A DNA stretch of 63,810 bases, filler included, from Collodictyon triciliatum (taxonomy: Eukaryota), in the NCBI GenBank assembly GCA_043381765.1. It is 3 parts of 3 records of this genome, joined end to end, with 100 filler letters (N's around TTAATTAATTAA, not from the genome) between each part and the next. Parts side by side here need not be neighbours in the genome. Positions count along the whole stretch, not along the records: positions 23,757 to 47,282 come from JBHJMP010001116.1; positions 47,383 to 63,810 come from JBHJMP010001121.1; 1 more part is not named here. One strand, 5' to 3'. This document shows, in pieces, positions 44,009-58,623 of the stretch. A model generated the notes under the pieces. The model saw only the letters and a program-made list of their open reading frames with translations. It was not told the origin of the DNA and searched no databases. How positions within the stretch are numbered: position 1 is the stretch's first letter; every line of letters begins with the position of its first letter. Both the position numbers and the translations under genes were made by a program.

Positions 44009-46838
44009 CTATGATTTGGCGGACAAATTCATAGACACTGATAGCGATGGTTTTTGGAAAGGAACGAAGGATGCGAGAAGGGGAAAAAAAAAGTGTTAAA
44101 AATGGGCTGTTCCATCAGTCATATATATGTTATTAATAGCAAATCAATCAGAATGTGTTTCCTTACCAGAAAGAATATCACATGTTGCTTTTGTAGCGAT
44201 GTCGAATATTGTCTGTTTGGTCTTGCAAAGTTCGAAAACTTTTTTCTCTTTCATGCTGGCTATTTGGGCTAATACATCCTTTTCCTTTATCGAAACATAC
44301 AAACCTGCATCCTTATGTCCGTTTTTATGAAGGTACTTCAGCCTTGCAACTATATTTCATATATCAGATTATGACCTACAAAATCTTCCATCAAATTTAT
44401 TAGGGTGAATGTATTAGGCAAAAACTTTTGTATGTAGTCATTTGATTATAGCGACTAAAGTCATAAATTCAGGACATGAGTGTGGATTACGTTATGCATA
44501 CTTGTTTCATTCGGCTCGATGCCTGCATTTTCGCATAATGTAGTAACAAATAATTCACAGGCACGTGAATAAGCGAATATCACAGGCTTGTTAGTGGTAA
44601 AATGGTTTTAAACGAATGCGAAAAAAAAAAACATGGTTCGGTATGTTTATTGAATGGGAAATTCAAAATTAAATGCGTGAAACAAAAAAAAGAAAGAAAG
44701 AAGAAGAAAAGAACAGCTTGCCTGGATGATTTCTGAAGTTGACCTGGCTATCTGAGAAAGCTTCATGGATGCAAATATTTCAAAGGAACCTCCCCCACAC
44801 ATAAATTCAAAGGGCAAGGACCCCCAAGCACAGTTTGCTGATTTTAGTGCATCTTCTCCATGGCGTTTCAGTTCCTCGCATATGTGTTCTGTGGCACCGT
44901 GAAGGACTATAGTAACCTAAATATCGTATTGAAGCATGGACAGATTTCAATATCGCTCTTTTTATAGGATTATTGAAAACCTGAATATTTTCAAATAATT
45001 TTTGCCTCAGAGGGATTGGATGTGATTAATTTCCAATATATTTGATTTCCCATCTGAACTGTCGATGCCTCTTCAAATAATCCCAAGTCTATCCGAAAAA
45101 AATATTTTAAGCAGTTCAACTTTGGTTTGCATGGATTAAAAGTGGGCTTCAATTGTTATTGTTTATCAAGATTTCGAACCATTTACAGATATGGGTTGTT
45201 ACTTTTCCTTTCAATGTGCACAAGCACAAGTTAAGATGCGATAGTATACTAACCATCTTGAGTCGGCATCTGATGTGGGCTAAGGAAAGCTGCAGTCGTC
45301 GATTCCAAGATACGATTCATAAGAACCGGGGGGATTTCATGTATTAACATGATTCCAAAATTATTACATAGCTGCGTAAATTCATCAGAACACGTTCCTG
45401 TACAAGTAATCTAGAAAAGGATACAAAAATTAGACATCTAAAAAAATCGTGCAATTCATCTTCTTTTTTTCCCTTTATTCGATTCAAGGGTAGGAAGGGT
45501 TATCGTGCGATTCATTTTGATTTTTTCATCCTGTTAAATTTATAATGTGAGACTCGGTTAAATTATACCACTGATATTCCCATCTTCCTCATCATGTCCA
45601 GAGCACTTTCTACATACTGAATTTCTGATTTTTGGAATTCGCTCAATTCTAAAGGTGTTTTCAATATCACTTGAACTCGGTCATTTGCACTTAATCTGAA
45701 CGGTGGTCCGTGGAAGGCAACCAACTTACTCGATAACTTGTTCTGTTCGATGACGTTTAATTAATATCCCTAAATGAACGATAAATATCATTTAAAGTAT
45801 CTCATTCATATAGCTACTTTGCATGTTGTTGGAACACTAGATGCCCCCATAATTCCTGGTATAAGATGGGATTTGGAGACATCTTCTCCTGGTATAGGAA
45901 GCAGGACTATTCGACTGAAGTCCTCTGCAATTAACGGACTTTGTTTCCTATCAATTATGTAAGACTGGAAGGTGTTGAATTTACATACTAGTGCTTTTTT
46001 CCTGACATCATGAATTCAGAGAATATATCGAAATATTTCCGATAAATACCCACTAAAGCTGACACCAGTAAATTGCAGTAGAGGGACGGGTTCAGAATCT
46101 TTTTTGTGGACAGCGCACAGTTGAACAACTCTTCTATCTTAATCAAAAAAAACTTAAAAAAGTACTTTTTTATTATTACCTATTTTTGCTGATTTTAAGC
46201 TAATTAAACCATTGAATAGAATATAGGAGAGAAATTTAACCCCTTACTCTTTGAATTTCTGAAGTTTTTGTGTAGCTTGGCTCTTCTCTGTCGGTGGAAA
46301 ATGATGGTATTATCCCTGTAACGATAGCATGCGATTCTTGAAATCCCTGGATAACAAATATTTTATCAATATATGATGGTTGTGCTCATAATTATTTTTG
46401 GAATCGCAAGCATTAATTTTTTTTTAAAAAAAAAAAAAAGAATGATTAAAGACTTCGATGATTGTGGCAGCATTTAATCCCTGAGAAAGTAATTTTGATG
46501 ATTCTTCCCTTTTAGAATGTAAAGGATATGGCAGGTTTCAGGTTTTATAAACTTCAAGAAAATGAGGCATATTTTTTGCACATTTTTGTCATTCATTCGA
46601 TTCGAAGTTCTAGTAGTCGAGGTTAATTATTGTATATTTTTCATAACTCTGTGGGTTACGGAGTTTACGAATAAATCATCTTACAAAAGAGCGCCAATAA
46701 TCACGACCACAGATGTTGTCCCATCACCGCACACGCGATCTTGTAAACGGCTTGCATCTACAATGCTGATGGCAACTGGATGAGATAGCTTCAAAGAGTT
46801 CATGAACGTCGCTCCATCTCTTGTCACAATTACTCTGT
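44009..46838 (-). CDS. Divergent group II chaperonin (CCT/TCP-1 family, possibly BBS10-like); many exons, 5' end unresolved
   Basis: VTRDGATFMNSLKLSHPVA...QDRVCGDGTTSVVVIIGALL; VTIVLHGATEHICEELKR; GGGSFEI; AYSRACELFVTTLCENAG; KQTIFDIATKATCDIL; putative stop TAG at 44011-44009. Confidence 0.8.
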
Positions 46839-47160
46839 CGGGTGTATGGGAAGAAAATACAAGAGAACTTGAGATATGATCGTGGATGAGGCTTAATGAG
46901 AGATTCGTCAAAAGATGACAACCAGACGCTTGTCTTTATATATATATATATATATATATATTTGGTCGATTTGTAGGATTTTTTTTCGATAAAAAAATTG
47001 AGTAGTTTGCCTCTTGTTTATCATAATCGTGGCGTAAAGAAAAGGGCTCGAGAGGTTGGGCCTGGTTAATGTCTGCTTCATTTTGTTTTTTTCTTTTCTT
47101 TTTTTCTTTTTTCTTTTTTCTTTTCTTTTTTTCTTTTTTTCTTTTTTTCTTTTTTTCTTT

Positions 47161-47191
<31 letters not shown>

Positions 47192-47282
47192 CTTTTTTTT
47201 CTTTTTTTTCTTTTTTTCTTTTTTTCTTTTTTTCTTTTTTTCTTTTTTTCTTTTTTTCTTTTTTTCTTTTTTTCTTTTTTTC

Positions 47283-47382
47283 NNNNNNNNNNNNNNNNNN
47301 NNNNNNNNNNNNNNNNNNNNNNNNNNTTAATTAATTAANNNNNNNNNNNNNNNNNNNNNNNNNNNNNNNNNNNNNNNNNNNN
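47283..47382. other. Artificial contig-join spacer
   Basis: 44 N + TTAATTAATTAA + 44 N, identical in design to 23657-23756. Confidence 0.95.
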
Positions 47383-47810
47383 TCTTTTTTATTCTTTTTT
47401 ATTCTTTTTTATTCTTTTTTATTCTTTTTTATTCTTTTTTATTCTTTTTTATTCTTTTTTATTCTTTTCTTTCGTTTATGGCGCCGCGACCTCTGCCGCG
47501 ATCGGAGGAGAAAGGGAAGGGATCGGCCAAAGAAATAACGAGTTCTGCAATCCAAATTTGTTGCGAGAATCCCGACGCCGCCATAAATAAATCTCCGACA
47601 TTGTTGGCCGTTCAAAAACGCAGCACAACCTGCTTCAACCATGAATAGTCTGTTTCTTGTTGTTTTGCTTCTTCTTGCACAGGGTATATGTCCTTCACTC
47701 CACAATAACAAACAAAAAAAAATCCCACTCCGATCGTGTATTATTAGAATAATGTATAGATAATAACAAAGAAAAAATACAGAAAAAGAAAGGAAGGTTT
47801 AGGGACGGGA

Positions 47811-50120
47811 ATGAGCGACTCCTTGGCTGCGGCGATTGAGGTGGAGAGCGATTCTCCCCGCCCTTTGAGGCTGTCTAACTCGCGGGGTCGTTTGATGCCT
47901 GTGCTCGCCAGTTTACCCGCTCCTCGGCGTCGCAGTAGCTCCTCCAGTTTGGGATCAACTTCGCGAAGCAGCGCCTCAAACACGAGCGCCATGTCTCCGC
48001 CTCCTTCCGTCTCAGAATGCCCTGCTGAGGTGTTGTTTTTCTTCTTTTCTGTTTTCTGTTTTCTATTTTCTATTTTCTATTTTCTATTTTCTATTTTCTA
48101 TTTTCTATTTTCTATTTTCTATTTTCTATTTTCTATTTTCTATTTTCTATTTTCTATTTTCTGTTTTCTATTTTCTGTTTTCTATTTTCTGTTTTCTATT
48201 TTCTATTTTCTATTTTCTATTTTCTATTTTCTGTTTTCTATTTTCTGTTTTCTATTTTCTATTTTCTATTTTCTATTTTCTGTTTTCTATTTTCTGTTTT
48301 CTATTTTCTATTTTCTATTTTCTATTTTCTATTTTCTGTTTTTTTCTATTTTCTATTTTCTATTTTCTGTTTTCTGTTTTTTTCTATTTTCTATTTTCTA
48401 TTTTCTATTTTCTATTTTCTTTTTCTATTTTCTTTTTCTATTTTCTTTTTCTATTTTCTTTTTCTTTTCTTTTTCTTTTTCTTTTTCTTTTTCTTTTTCT
48501 TTTTCTTTTTCTTTTTCTTTTTCTTTTTCTTTTTCTTCGACTTCATAGCTATTACCAGACAAGCATTTTCTAAACACTCATCGCAGTTGATTGGTTCTGT
48601 GACGCCAAACTCATTCAAGACTCAAAAAGGACCGAACGTGAGGGAAACACAAGAATCAGAGGAAGAGCGTAGCCAAGTAAACCATTTATTTCAAATGAAT
48701 GAATCCCAACTGATGTAAGCTAATTTTACGGACAGGAATTGCCGCATGATTCTCCATTCAAGCCTTTATCAAGACCAGGCTCACCTCTAAACATGCGCAT
48801 TACTGATAATGCTCCGGTAAGAAGCAAATAAACATCCTATCGAATCCGAAATGTGCACATCAATACCTCAACATTTAAGAGTATATGAATTGTGGAAATC
48901 GATTAAATGGGTCGTAGGAAAAGGCAGCTGCAAAGAAAGAACGGTCTGAACAGGCTCGACCACGCTCTGCCTCTGATGCTGTAATTACTTCTATCATCGT
49001 ATTAAAAAGAAGAAGTAGAAGAAGAAAAAATTCTCTTGTTTTACGGTGTCATTCATTAGGGAAAGTTAACATAATGTGAGAAAAAAACACTATTTATAGG
49101 AATCAAAGCGCGCAAGCGATGAGTTCACATGGACCTCAGCGAAAAGCTTCAACTCTGTAAAGACATACACACAAAGCCACTATGGGCCAAGCAACCCTTT
49201 CAAGGTATCACTAAATCTTACTTTGCTTTTATCAATTTATGACCAATTATGTAAGTCATTTATGATGCACAGGAAATTCTTAGTAAAATATATATTGCCC
49301 CTGTAAAGTAAGCTTTACTATTATTGCTAATAAAGACAGGGAAAACTTTCTCTGCCAACTTTCCGAAAGATGCTCTCGGCCCATATTTTCCAAAGAAGGT
49401 TGAGTCGGGCTGTGAACCAAAATCAGAGTATAGATCAATAGAGATATCTGAATATAAGAATTTGAAGAGTATATCACCCTGGTATTTATTTATTAACATC
49501 ATATTCTGGCTGGTGTTTTTGTTTTTCTTTTTGTTTTTCTTTTTGTTTTTCTTTTTGTTTTTCTTTTTGTTTTTCTTTTTGTTTTTCTTTTTGTTTTTCT
49601 TTTTGTTTTTCTTTTTGTTTTTCTTTTTGTTTTTCTTTTTGTTTTTCTTTTTGTTTTTCTTTTTTGAAAAGAAATCAAGATGAGGATGAGGAATATGCAG
49701 AGTTTTTAACTCTGATTACACTTCGTCCGGAACCATGCAAGGATGCAAACTGTAACGTGAGTAGGAAAAATATGTTGCAACCTTATGGAAGAGACTCAAA
49801 TTTTCGTGCTCTCCTAGCTGGACTTTTAATGTCCGTTTTAAGAGGAAAATATTGGGCTTTTTCCTTCGTTTCATATTATATTCCCCTGGGCCCTGCTCTT
49901 CATCTCTTTTTTAATTCCTTTAAATGTATTATAGGCATCCAAGTGTCTGGAACGTCTTCAGTTGGGTTTGAAAGAAGCCATGCGCCTTTTGCAAGAAGCC
50001 AGGGAAGAGAAAGAACTATGGGAAACAAAGGCAAATGAACTCCATGGAAAGATGCGCGAGTCTAGACAAAAAGACAAGCGCGCTGCTCTGCACAATCTCT
50101 CTGCATCACAGGAATCATGA
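47811..50120 (+). CDS. Hypothetical Ser-rich protein with C-terminal coiled coil (multi-exon)
   Basis: First exon MSDSLAAAIEVESDSPRP...CPAE|GT; several small GT-AG exons; last exon ASKCLERLQLGLKEAMRLLQEAREEKELWETKANELHGKMRE...SQES*. No family recognised. Confidence 0.6.
48045..48537. repeat. (TTTTCTA/TTTTCTG)n grading into (TTTTTC)n, intronic
   Basis: Direct observation. Confidence 0.9.
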
Positions 50121-50669
50121 CTCCAAAAAGAAAATATAATGGAGAAGCGCAGCATCTAGCGCACTTGAGACTTCACTGATTTTACTTCACATAACTTTCT
50201 TGTTTTCCTGCTTGCGCATTTCCCTTCCTTTCTTTCGTTCGTTCATTTCCTTCCTCTGTTTGGTGCATCACATCGCTCTTCTTTTAAGATTGCTACTATT
50301 TCCCACAAGCCATACACAAACTGTTGTGTTCCTCTTCTTCGCTACACTTTTCATATTAATAATTGGACTAGAAAAAAAAGGCTAAGTGAGACTAAACCTC
50401 AAAAAAATAATAATAATAAACTGAAAATCTATTTCCTAAACTCATCCCAAAGCGCACTCTAGCGAAACATATATATACCCAACCATTATTCTCGACCCTA
50501 AGGAGCAAACGCAGGAGCACTGATTGGCCATCGTCAGTTGTGCTACGAATCAAGCCTTCTTTCTTTTCCTTTCAATTTTTTCTTCTCGTATCTAACAAGG
50601 CCTGAGAGATCTCTGATACGTCTTTGCTTCTCGCAACGATATGAAAAAAGAAAGAAAAATAAGATAAAC

Positions 50670-53256
50670 ATGACTCTGCTCGGCAACAGTAGTACTGCCT
50701 CTGACGGAAAAGACTCTCCTTCGAAGCAAAGATCCGCCCCTCCCAACAAGCAAGAGCAACAAAGACGGAAGGAAGCAATGAGCCGCCCACAACTCTTTGA
50801 AGACTCCGAAGGCAGTGACGACGAAGGAGGCGGTGTGCTGAATCGCGTGTCCAACAGGGACTCTGGCCTATCCATGTTTCAGCAACGTCCGTCTCGAGCC
50901 AGCAACTTTGAGGAGGCTGAAAGCTCGACAGGCTTCCACATGACGATTCAGTCCCAAAGTCATTCAAGCACCGCGATCTTTCCTGCAAACTCATATACCA
51001 ATGCATTAGCCGGGACAATCCACAGAGATTCAAAGGAGCTCTCTGCAAGAACGATGCCCGAAGATGAGTACGAGTATATTTCCCAGCCAACTGAAAGAAC
51101 TGACAGATATAGCGATCATTCAGCTTTGCCTCGAAAAGGAGGTGATGTTGTTGTTGTTGCTGCAGCAGCAAACTCCAGTGCAAATGTTAGCGTGAGCGCT
51201 GCCTCTGTCATTCACACGGAAGTCCAAGAAAACACTCGTTTGCTGCATCCGGAGATGGAGAAAGAACTCCGTCTAAGCCAAAGAGCCGTGACCCATTGGA
51301 GAGGCCTGGCGACAACGCTTCAGAAGGAGAACGAGTGGCTAAAGCAAGAGCTAGATATTACTAAGCAGAATGCAATAGCAGGCGAGAATACCATTATGGG
51401 GATGGCAACAGAGGTTTGCTTGTGTTTCTATTTTGATTGTATTGGTATATGCGGAAATGTAATCGAGTTTTTATTGCATAAATGAATGTAAGTATAGGAT
51501 AAATGAATCTGTGTGTAACATCCTCACACAATTGATATCACTACGTCATCACTTCTCCCTCTTTTTTTTTCTATTTTTTAGATTGAAGCCTTGCAACAAA
51601 AAATCACACTCATGCAGGTGAAATGAAAAATCAAAATCTACTTATTATGATAGCATAACCTTTTTCTCTTTATTCGACTCAAATTATCACTTATATGAAA
51701 GTAAGAGTTACTTTCGGGATAAATCAGTGCTTTGTAACCTCTTTGTTTGTGCTTTATTCAAGGGTGGCTCGAATCCCAACCTAAAAGTCCCTTTGGATGT
51801 GCTGCGTGGTGAACTCCTCTCTGATGCCCAAAAAAAATATGAAAAGAATAAGGCTGAATTAATGAGAATACAGACTGAGCACTTTGAATCAAGGCAACAA
51901 ATGCAAACAAAAATAGGTATATTGAATGTATTTGATAATTCATGTAAATATTCAACCAAATTGATATCGTCTATTATAGCCGTTTTGGAAAGCCAACTTA
52001 CTGGTCAGATCGCAGAAGTAGAGTACCTTAACGAGGAACTCTCCAAAACATCTATACTCCTTCATGCAAAAGAGAGATATGTTGCTGAACTTGAGAGAAA
52101 GGTGAACTTGACATTAAAATTATTTTATCTTCACAGTCGGGAGAGATTTTGGCAAATTAACGATGCTAGCTCACGCCATCAGAATTCATCGTGCGCTAAA
52201 TAATTGATCCAATATTTCATATAGATTGATGACAACGACGCTGAGAGACGGAGAAACGCAGGCATACTAGTTACCCGACTTGAAGATACACACGCAGACC
52301 TTATGGAGATGAAAAAGAGGTGGGTGGTCAAATATATAACGTGACATTAAGAACAACATTCGTTATTTCGTTCAAAATATTCTGCTCAGGTATGAGGAAG
52401 TAACACACGACCGGGATAAATTTGTGCGATTATACCAAGACGCCCACGCAAAAGATATTGAGAACGAAGAGAAGATTGTTGAACTAAATGCTATGAATGA
52501 TTTAAAGTATGGCCCAAATTTGATTATTGATAAGATTTGTATTGAATCCTTTTTAGAAAAAAAAATATTGAATTGAAAAATATGTTTTTGTTACCCCTTA
52601 TAAACAAATAGGAAAAATGAGGTGGAAGCCTTGAGTGTAACTGTCAATTTACAGACCAAGCGTATCAAGGAATTGGAAGGTAGTATACACTCCACGATGC
52701 AATATCATCTTAATGCCACCTTAAATCTCTACGCACTTTTTACTTAATATCTGAACCATTAAGCTTGAGATAATATATTTTTCTAATTCATATAGAGCTT
52801 GATGCCAACCAGGCAGCAGAGCGCTATGATAGAATGCTTGCTGGAAAGACTGTACTTGTTCAATTATTATAAATATACTCACATATGTGTATATAAGAGA
52901 ATGTCGACCTCGTTCGAAAACATCGGAACTTGATCTTCTATTTTAGTCGTTACATGTAGCAATCGAATCTCATAATTGATCATCCTCTACCAGGCATCTT
53001 CATAATGATTAACTTAAAACATGGTGATGGTTTCTTTCTTCTCATTTTACTTTTTAACTCAATGTAGGAAGAATTCAATTCAGAAAAACAATGCATGATG
53101 GAACAAATAGACGCTTTGACAAATCAGAATAGTATGATTCAATTTTTGTGCTTGAGTAGTGTAGTTGTAATGCTTATCGCAGAAAAATGTACCTCTTTGA
53201 CATGTTTTATGTTGTAGAGGACACTAACAAGCAGCTCGAAGCGATTCGAAATCAGG

Positions 53257-53335
<79 letters not shown>

Positions 53336-55646
53336 TTTCGGTTGATTTGATAACTTATAGTGCACTGCATGAAAAAGTATGAAATAAAAAAATGAGTGAC
53401 ACGCTCATTTTTCAATCAAATAGATCATAGAGGAAAGGAGGGACTATGCTCAACGAGAACAATCGAAGGCTATGGTGTGTTTGAATTGAGCGCGATTGGA
53501 GGCAAATATAGTATTTTTTATGAATTACCTTCATTTAGGTCTCTCTAGACAGCTACAAAACTCTTCAAAGTGAACTAGATATGGCATCAAATGAGTGAAG
53601 CTTTACATAATACATCAATAAAACAAATCGACATTTAAAACAGAAAAAATCTCATATAATATTGAAATATTATTAAAAGAACTCTACATAATACCACTCA
53701 GGAAAAATTTATTAGAATTAAAACTCAATGAGGCTATTTCTGGGCACGAAGAACTCATGAGGATGTACAATCAATTGAAAGAAGCTAATCAGAAGCAGGC
53801 AGCGATGATTTTAGAGAAGTAGATAAATAATAGTTTAAATTGTTGTAATGATTACCTTCTTTCTCAGTTTTTATGATTCACTCTTTTCTTAAAAATGGCT
53901 AGGAATCGAGAAATAGAAGAGCATGCAAATGCTATCCAGATTATTCAAGCAGAACTTGTACAACTACGTGGTAATCTATTCTAACTCAGAACATCTATTT
54001 GAAATATGTTTGTTTGTTTGTTTTGCTATGATTAGCCATACTCTGTTATGTTACAATTTATGTCTAGTGAAAACAAAATTTCGTCAAAAGAATCGAAGAA
54101 ACGAAGGGGAACTCATCAAATGGCCCAGACCGATTTCCATCTCATGGTTGCCAATAAAGTCACACAAACACTATCAAATGTTCGGACGGAGGAACAATAT
54201 ACCCAAACAGACCCAATACCACTACAAGAAGCACCCCACCCAGAACACCAACCTGCTATGTATTCAAAGCATAGCTTACTTAATCAGGTAATTTTACGTG
54301 TTTTTTTTTCTGGGAAAGAATAAAAGGACTAAAATAATATCATGTGTGTCTATTATCCTATGATTAAAGAAAAATAGTACCGATGAGGAGTTGGAAAAAA
54401 TAAGAACTGAAATGCGGATAAGGGCTCAGCAAGATAAGAGGGCTCTTTGCGCTCAATTTGAGGAAGAGAAAAGCAAGATGAAGTCTGATTATGTAAGATG
54501 ATTGCTTTTGTATTATGAGTGAAGAGCTCTGACATTGTATGTAGTATCGTTTAAAATATTCATAAGGACATGATATGTATGATTACTGTCTAGGAATCCA
54601 AGATTGCCAAACTGAAAAAAAATTTTGAGCAAAAGCAGACACAGTTGTTGTCCGAGGTTGTAACGAATTCCCTACAATCCTCATAAATATTGCTGGTTGT
54701 ATACGTACATATATCATATATCATATATTTGAAGGGGCAATTTATCTACCTTGACCTTTACCTTCGACAATTTTAGTTGGAATCTGAGATTGTTGCCAAA
54801 CTCCGCGAGTCAATCATCTACGAAGTGGAAGGAGACCCAGAGAATCGCGCAGCTCCAAAGAAGGTATTAGATATGAATCTATGATTTTGCGATTGTCAAT
54901 ATATTTGGGGTTCGGGTTAGACCTAAAATGGCATCCATCTTATTGGAGCATGTAAAATAATACATATATGTAAAGATTGGGTCTTCAAAAACTCCTATTG
55001 ATTGGATTGGAACTGTGATTGAGAGAGCGAAATCTGATGAAGTTCAATTTACCCTTCAGGTATCCCTATCAGCTTACACTATCTATATAATTTATTTGGT
55101 TATTTGGTTATTTGTTTATTTGTTTATTTGTTTATTTGTTTATTTGTTTATTTGTTTATTTGTTTATTTGTTTATTTGTTTATTTGTTTATTCATTTATT
55201 CGTTTATTCATTTATTCATTTTGGTATTTATTTATTTTTCCTCTTAGTTTTTTCCCTTTATTCGATTCAAAGTGATTTGTTCCTTTTAGTTAGTGCGAGA
55301 TAGTGGATAAAAGTTTACACCATCTGCTTATTTTTTTTTTAATTAGACAATTAATTTGTTCTCATTTGCATTTATATGCTCCTAAATCCACTGCAGATGA
55401 AAGGGTCTCAAAAACAAGAGAAACTTGCGGTCACCCTCGGCGTGGTTCGAATTGCCAATATTGTCAAGTATTCAATACAGGATAAGTCTCTCGCAATATG
55501 GGTATTTTATTATTATTTTATTGAGAAAAACTTCGTCTTTAGGATACGAATGTATATTCAGGCTCACTCACGAAACTCCTGCCATATAATCACTATTCAG
55601 GAAAGTACAAGGGCCTTGGCTGAAAATCAGAGTCTGCTCCAGAAAG
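50670..55646 (+). CDS. Long coiled-coil protein with disordered N-terminus (many small exons); 3' end uncertain (~55650-56100)
   Basis: MTLLGNSSTASDG... exon to ~51413, then many heptad-rich exons (e.g. LQKENEWLKQELD, VLESQLTGQIAEVEYLNEEL) with GT-AG boundaries. Confidence 0.65.
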
Positions 55647-56886
55647 TTGGATCTGTATGTGTACTTTTTCCTGCTCTTATTCCCCACCACAAACCTAACC
55701 ACCACAAACATAATGATAGGAGTTGATACTACTAAACAAACAGCGGACTTAGCATACCTAATGCGGAATATAATGTATATCTACCATTTTTCGGCCACCG
55801 ACTTTAGTAACCGATTAAAATGTAAAAAAAAAATACTTGCAGCAAGTTTGTATTCCTGCAGTGATGTGCCACTTATGTACGATACCAATCGAATGTTCGA
55901 GAGCTCAACTTTAAGCGGAATTAAGAGCCAGTATAAATCGAGGTCTTTGTTGCTGTTGAAACTTTAATTGTTCAAGCCGAAAATATGCGCAAGGCAACAA
56001 CAGGAACGAAAAGAATGTACCTGCTACCCCAAATCTGGACCCCAACTGCGGAATCAGCCGCGATGCCTGAAGAAGCGCGCTATTGCGCAGTTTAATGCTC
56101 GCACCACCCCCACCCGAAGGCCAACAGGAAGAGAGCACCGAAGAAGCCAATCTGCCGGCCTCAAGACTGAGAAGTACAAACAGTTTTCAACAAGTTGGAC
56201 TGCCTTGCGATGAGGACAGCAGCTTTATTTTACCGTGCCGTGGATCAGAGAAAGTTACCACTTAATGGCCTTGACTTTGTTATTTGCGGGTTGTTTATGC
56301 TGACTCATCTCAAGCACTCGTTTGGCTATTCAAATCCAATCTGCCCACTTTCTTTCATTCCACCTTTACTTGAATAATCACATTAGCAATATTAATCTCG
56401 GGGCGAAAGGGGATTGGCTGATTTTCAAACAAGTTGTAATGTGTATTGTAACAAAGGTTTCGCCTTAGTCTCGCATCTACTTAGTTTATTATCACCCAAC
56501 TCCCCCCAATAATAACCTTTTATAAGGATCTGACCCGCCGAAAAAAAAAATGAACCCCTTCTTTTTCGCATATATTTCTTCTGTTATGACAATCATGAGC
56601 CGATCACTCAATAACCTTTTTTCTCTTTTTTTTCTCTCTTTTTTCTCTCTTTTTTCTCTCTTTTTTCTCTCTTTTTTCTCTCTTTTTTCTCTCTTTTTTC
56701 TTTTTTAACAGCCAGTATAGCTTCCTCGCTACCTGGAGTAACTACGGAACCCCAATCAATCTCACGAGACCCAATAGGTTAGTTTCACTATGTTGTAGCT
56801 GATCATTCAAATCCCCTTGATTTTTTCCTTTAAGTTCTTGACTTGCTTGTTACTTATTCGCACTGTGAACTCCTAGGTTTTTCTAG

Positions 56887-58091
56887 ATGTCTCAACCCCC
56901 GTATTACAACCTAAACGCACCTGGTCAACACCCATATTGGTATGGATGGCAAAACGGCATGCCTCAAATGCCACAAGTCCCTCAAATGCCTGCAATGCCC
57001 ACACATGTACATCCCTACTATGCTCATTACGATATGTCAGCGGTTTGTGCTCCAGGAACTGAACTTGTAGCACCAGGTATTGCTGTTGCTGCACCGATAG
57101 CCACGTATGCTACAAGTGGCACACAACCTATCACCGCACCCATCGTGCCTGTCGTTCCAAATGTACCGGGCTTTCCTAGTACGATTTCAGCATCACAGAC
57201 AGCCTCAGTTGAAGGCGGTGACGGTGATAACTCTGTGGATGCCAATGGAGATGATGCCAGCTCTGCTGCTGAGAAAGCAAAAAAGGAGAAAAGCAAACGA
57301 CTAGAAGTCCATGGAAACGACAATATGAACTTGAATCATATCCTTATATCAAATATCAAAGCTTCAGACTACTTCAAGTCTCTTTAGTAAGTATATTTAC
57401 GACTGATATTGTCTGTGATACCATTTGCATTTTCCCTCTATTATTCAAAGAAAGTCTTGACCTCTATGCCCATCACTTCTGTGAGTCGAGAACCTATCTT
57501 TGCAATTTTTTTCTAATTATTTTTCTCTGAACCCCCCACCCCCACAGCATATATCCCACCTATGAAGAAATTATTCATCTGATTTCCGAGATAACCTATC
57601 TAGGTGAGTCAAGTGCATGAACGTTACAACATTTTCACATCAACACCACATATATGTTTTATCATCTTACCGTATTTATACTTCATTGTAAGATACCTTT
57701 CATGATTTTATTAATTTATTTGGGTTAGATCCCTGGGTACCGAAGACCAAAGTGCCGTCCAGTGCGTTTTGTCTTTTGTTCAAATTATATACTCTGAAAT
57801 TAACCGAGAAGCAAATGCGAAAGATTGTCGAGCATGATTGCCCGTAAGTCGTTACATTCCATGTTTGTATCAATTCGTTTGGATTTCTTTACTTTTTTTT
57901 TTTTTGGTCTAGAAACAAAAATCAAGGAAGGAACTGAAAGTATTGGTTAGCGGTAGAAGAACATCAGCTATCGAAAGAGATACCAAAACATATAATATTA
58001 TTTGTAATAGAATGGTCCGTGCCACTGGCTACTTGTATCTCCGCCTTTGCTATCCTCCAAAGAAGCTCTGGGAAGATTGGTTCCAGTACTC
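56887..58091 (+). CDS. PRP38: Pre-mRNA splicing factor PRP38 family (PRPF38B-like); 3' part lost in the gap
   Basis: HGNDNMNLNHILISNIKASDYFKSL, PSSAFCLLFKLYTLKLTEKQM and MVRATGYLYLRLCYPPKKLWEDWF over four exons. Confidence 0.88.
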
Positions 58092-58623
58092 NNNNNNNNN
58101 NNNNNNNNNNNNNNNNNNNNNNNNNNNNNNNNNNNNNNNNNNNNNNNNNNNNNNNNNNNNNNNNNNNNNNNNNNNNNNNNNNNNNNNNNNNNNNNNNNNN
58201 NNNNNNNNNNNNNNNNNNNNNNNNNNNNNNNNNNNNNNNNNNNNNNNNNNNNNNNNNNNNNNNNNNNNNNNNNNNNNNNNNNNNNNNNNNNNNNNNNNNN
58301 NNNNNNNNNNNNNNNNNNNNNNNNNNNNNNNNNNNNNNNNNNNNNNNNNNNNNNNNNNNNNNNNNNNNNNNNNNNNNNNNNNNNNNNNNNNNNNNNNNNN
58401 NNNNNNNNNNNNNNNNNNNNNNNNNNNTTTCAACGTGAAGATATAAAAAGTTATAGATTCTTACTCATCCTCTGAATGGTGACAGGAAAAGGTACCAATT
58501 CACACCGGCCGTATTGAACGATGTTTGTGAAAATAAAAAAAACTATGTATTAGCTCATATAAGGCGGTAATTTTGTGTCCATGACACAGTAATTCCTTTG
58601 TCAAAAATGCTTGGTTTTCTCAC

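Noticed and set aside
56068-56265. Possible TGA read-through or selenocysteine extending a frame past 56070
   Set aside because: No homology, no SECIS, and other genes here use TGA as a normal stop.
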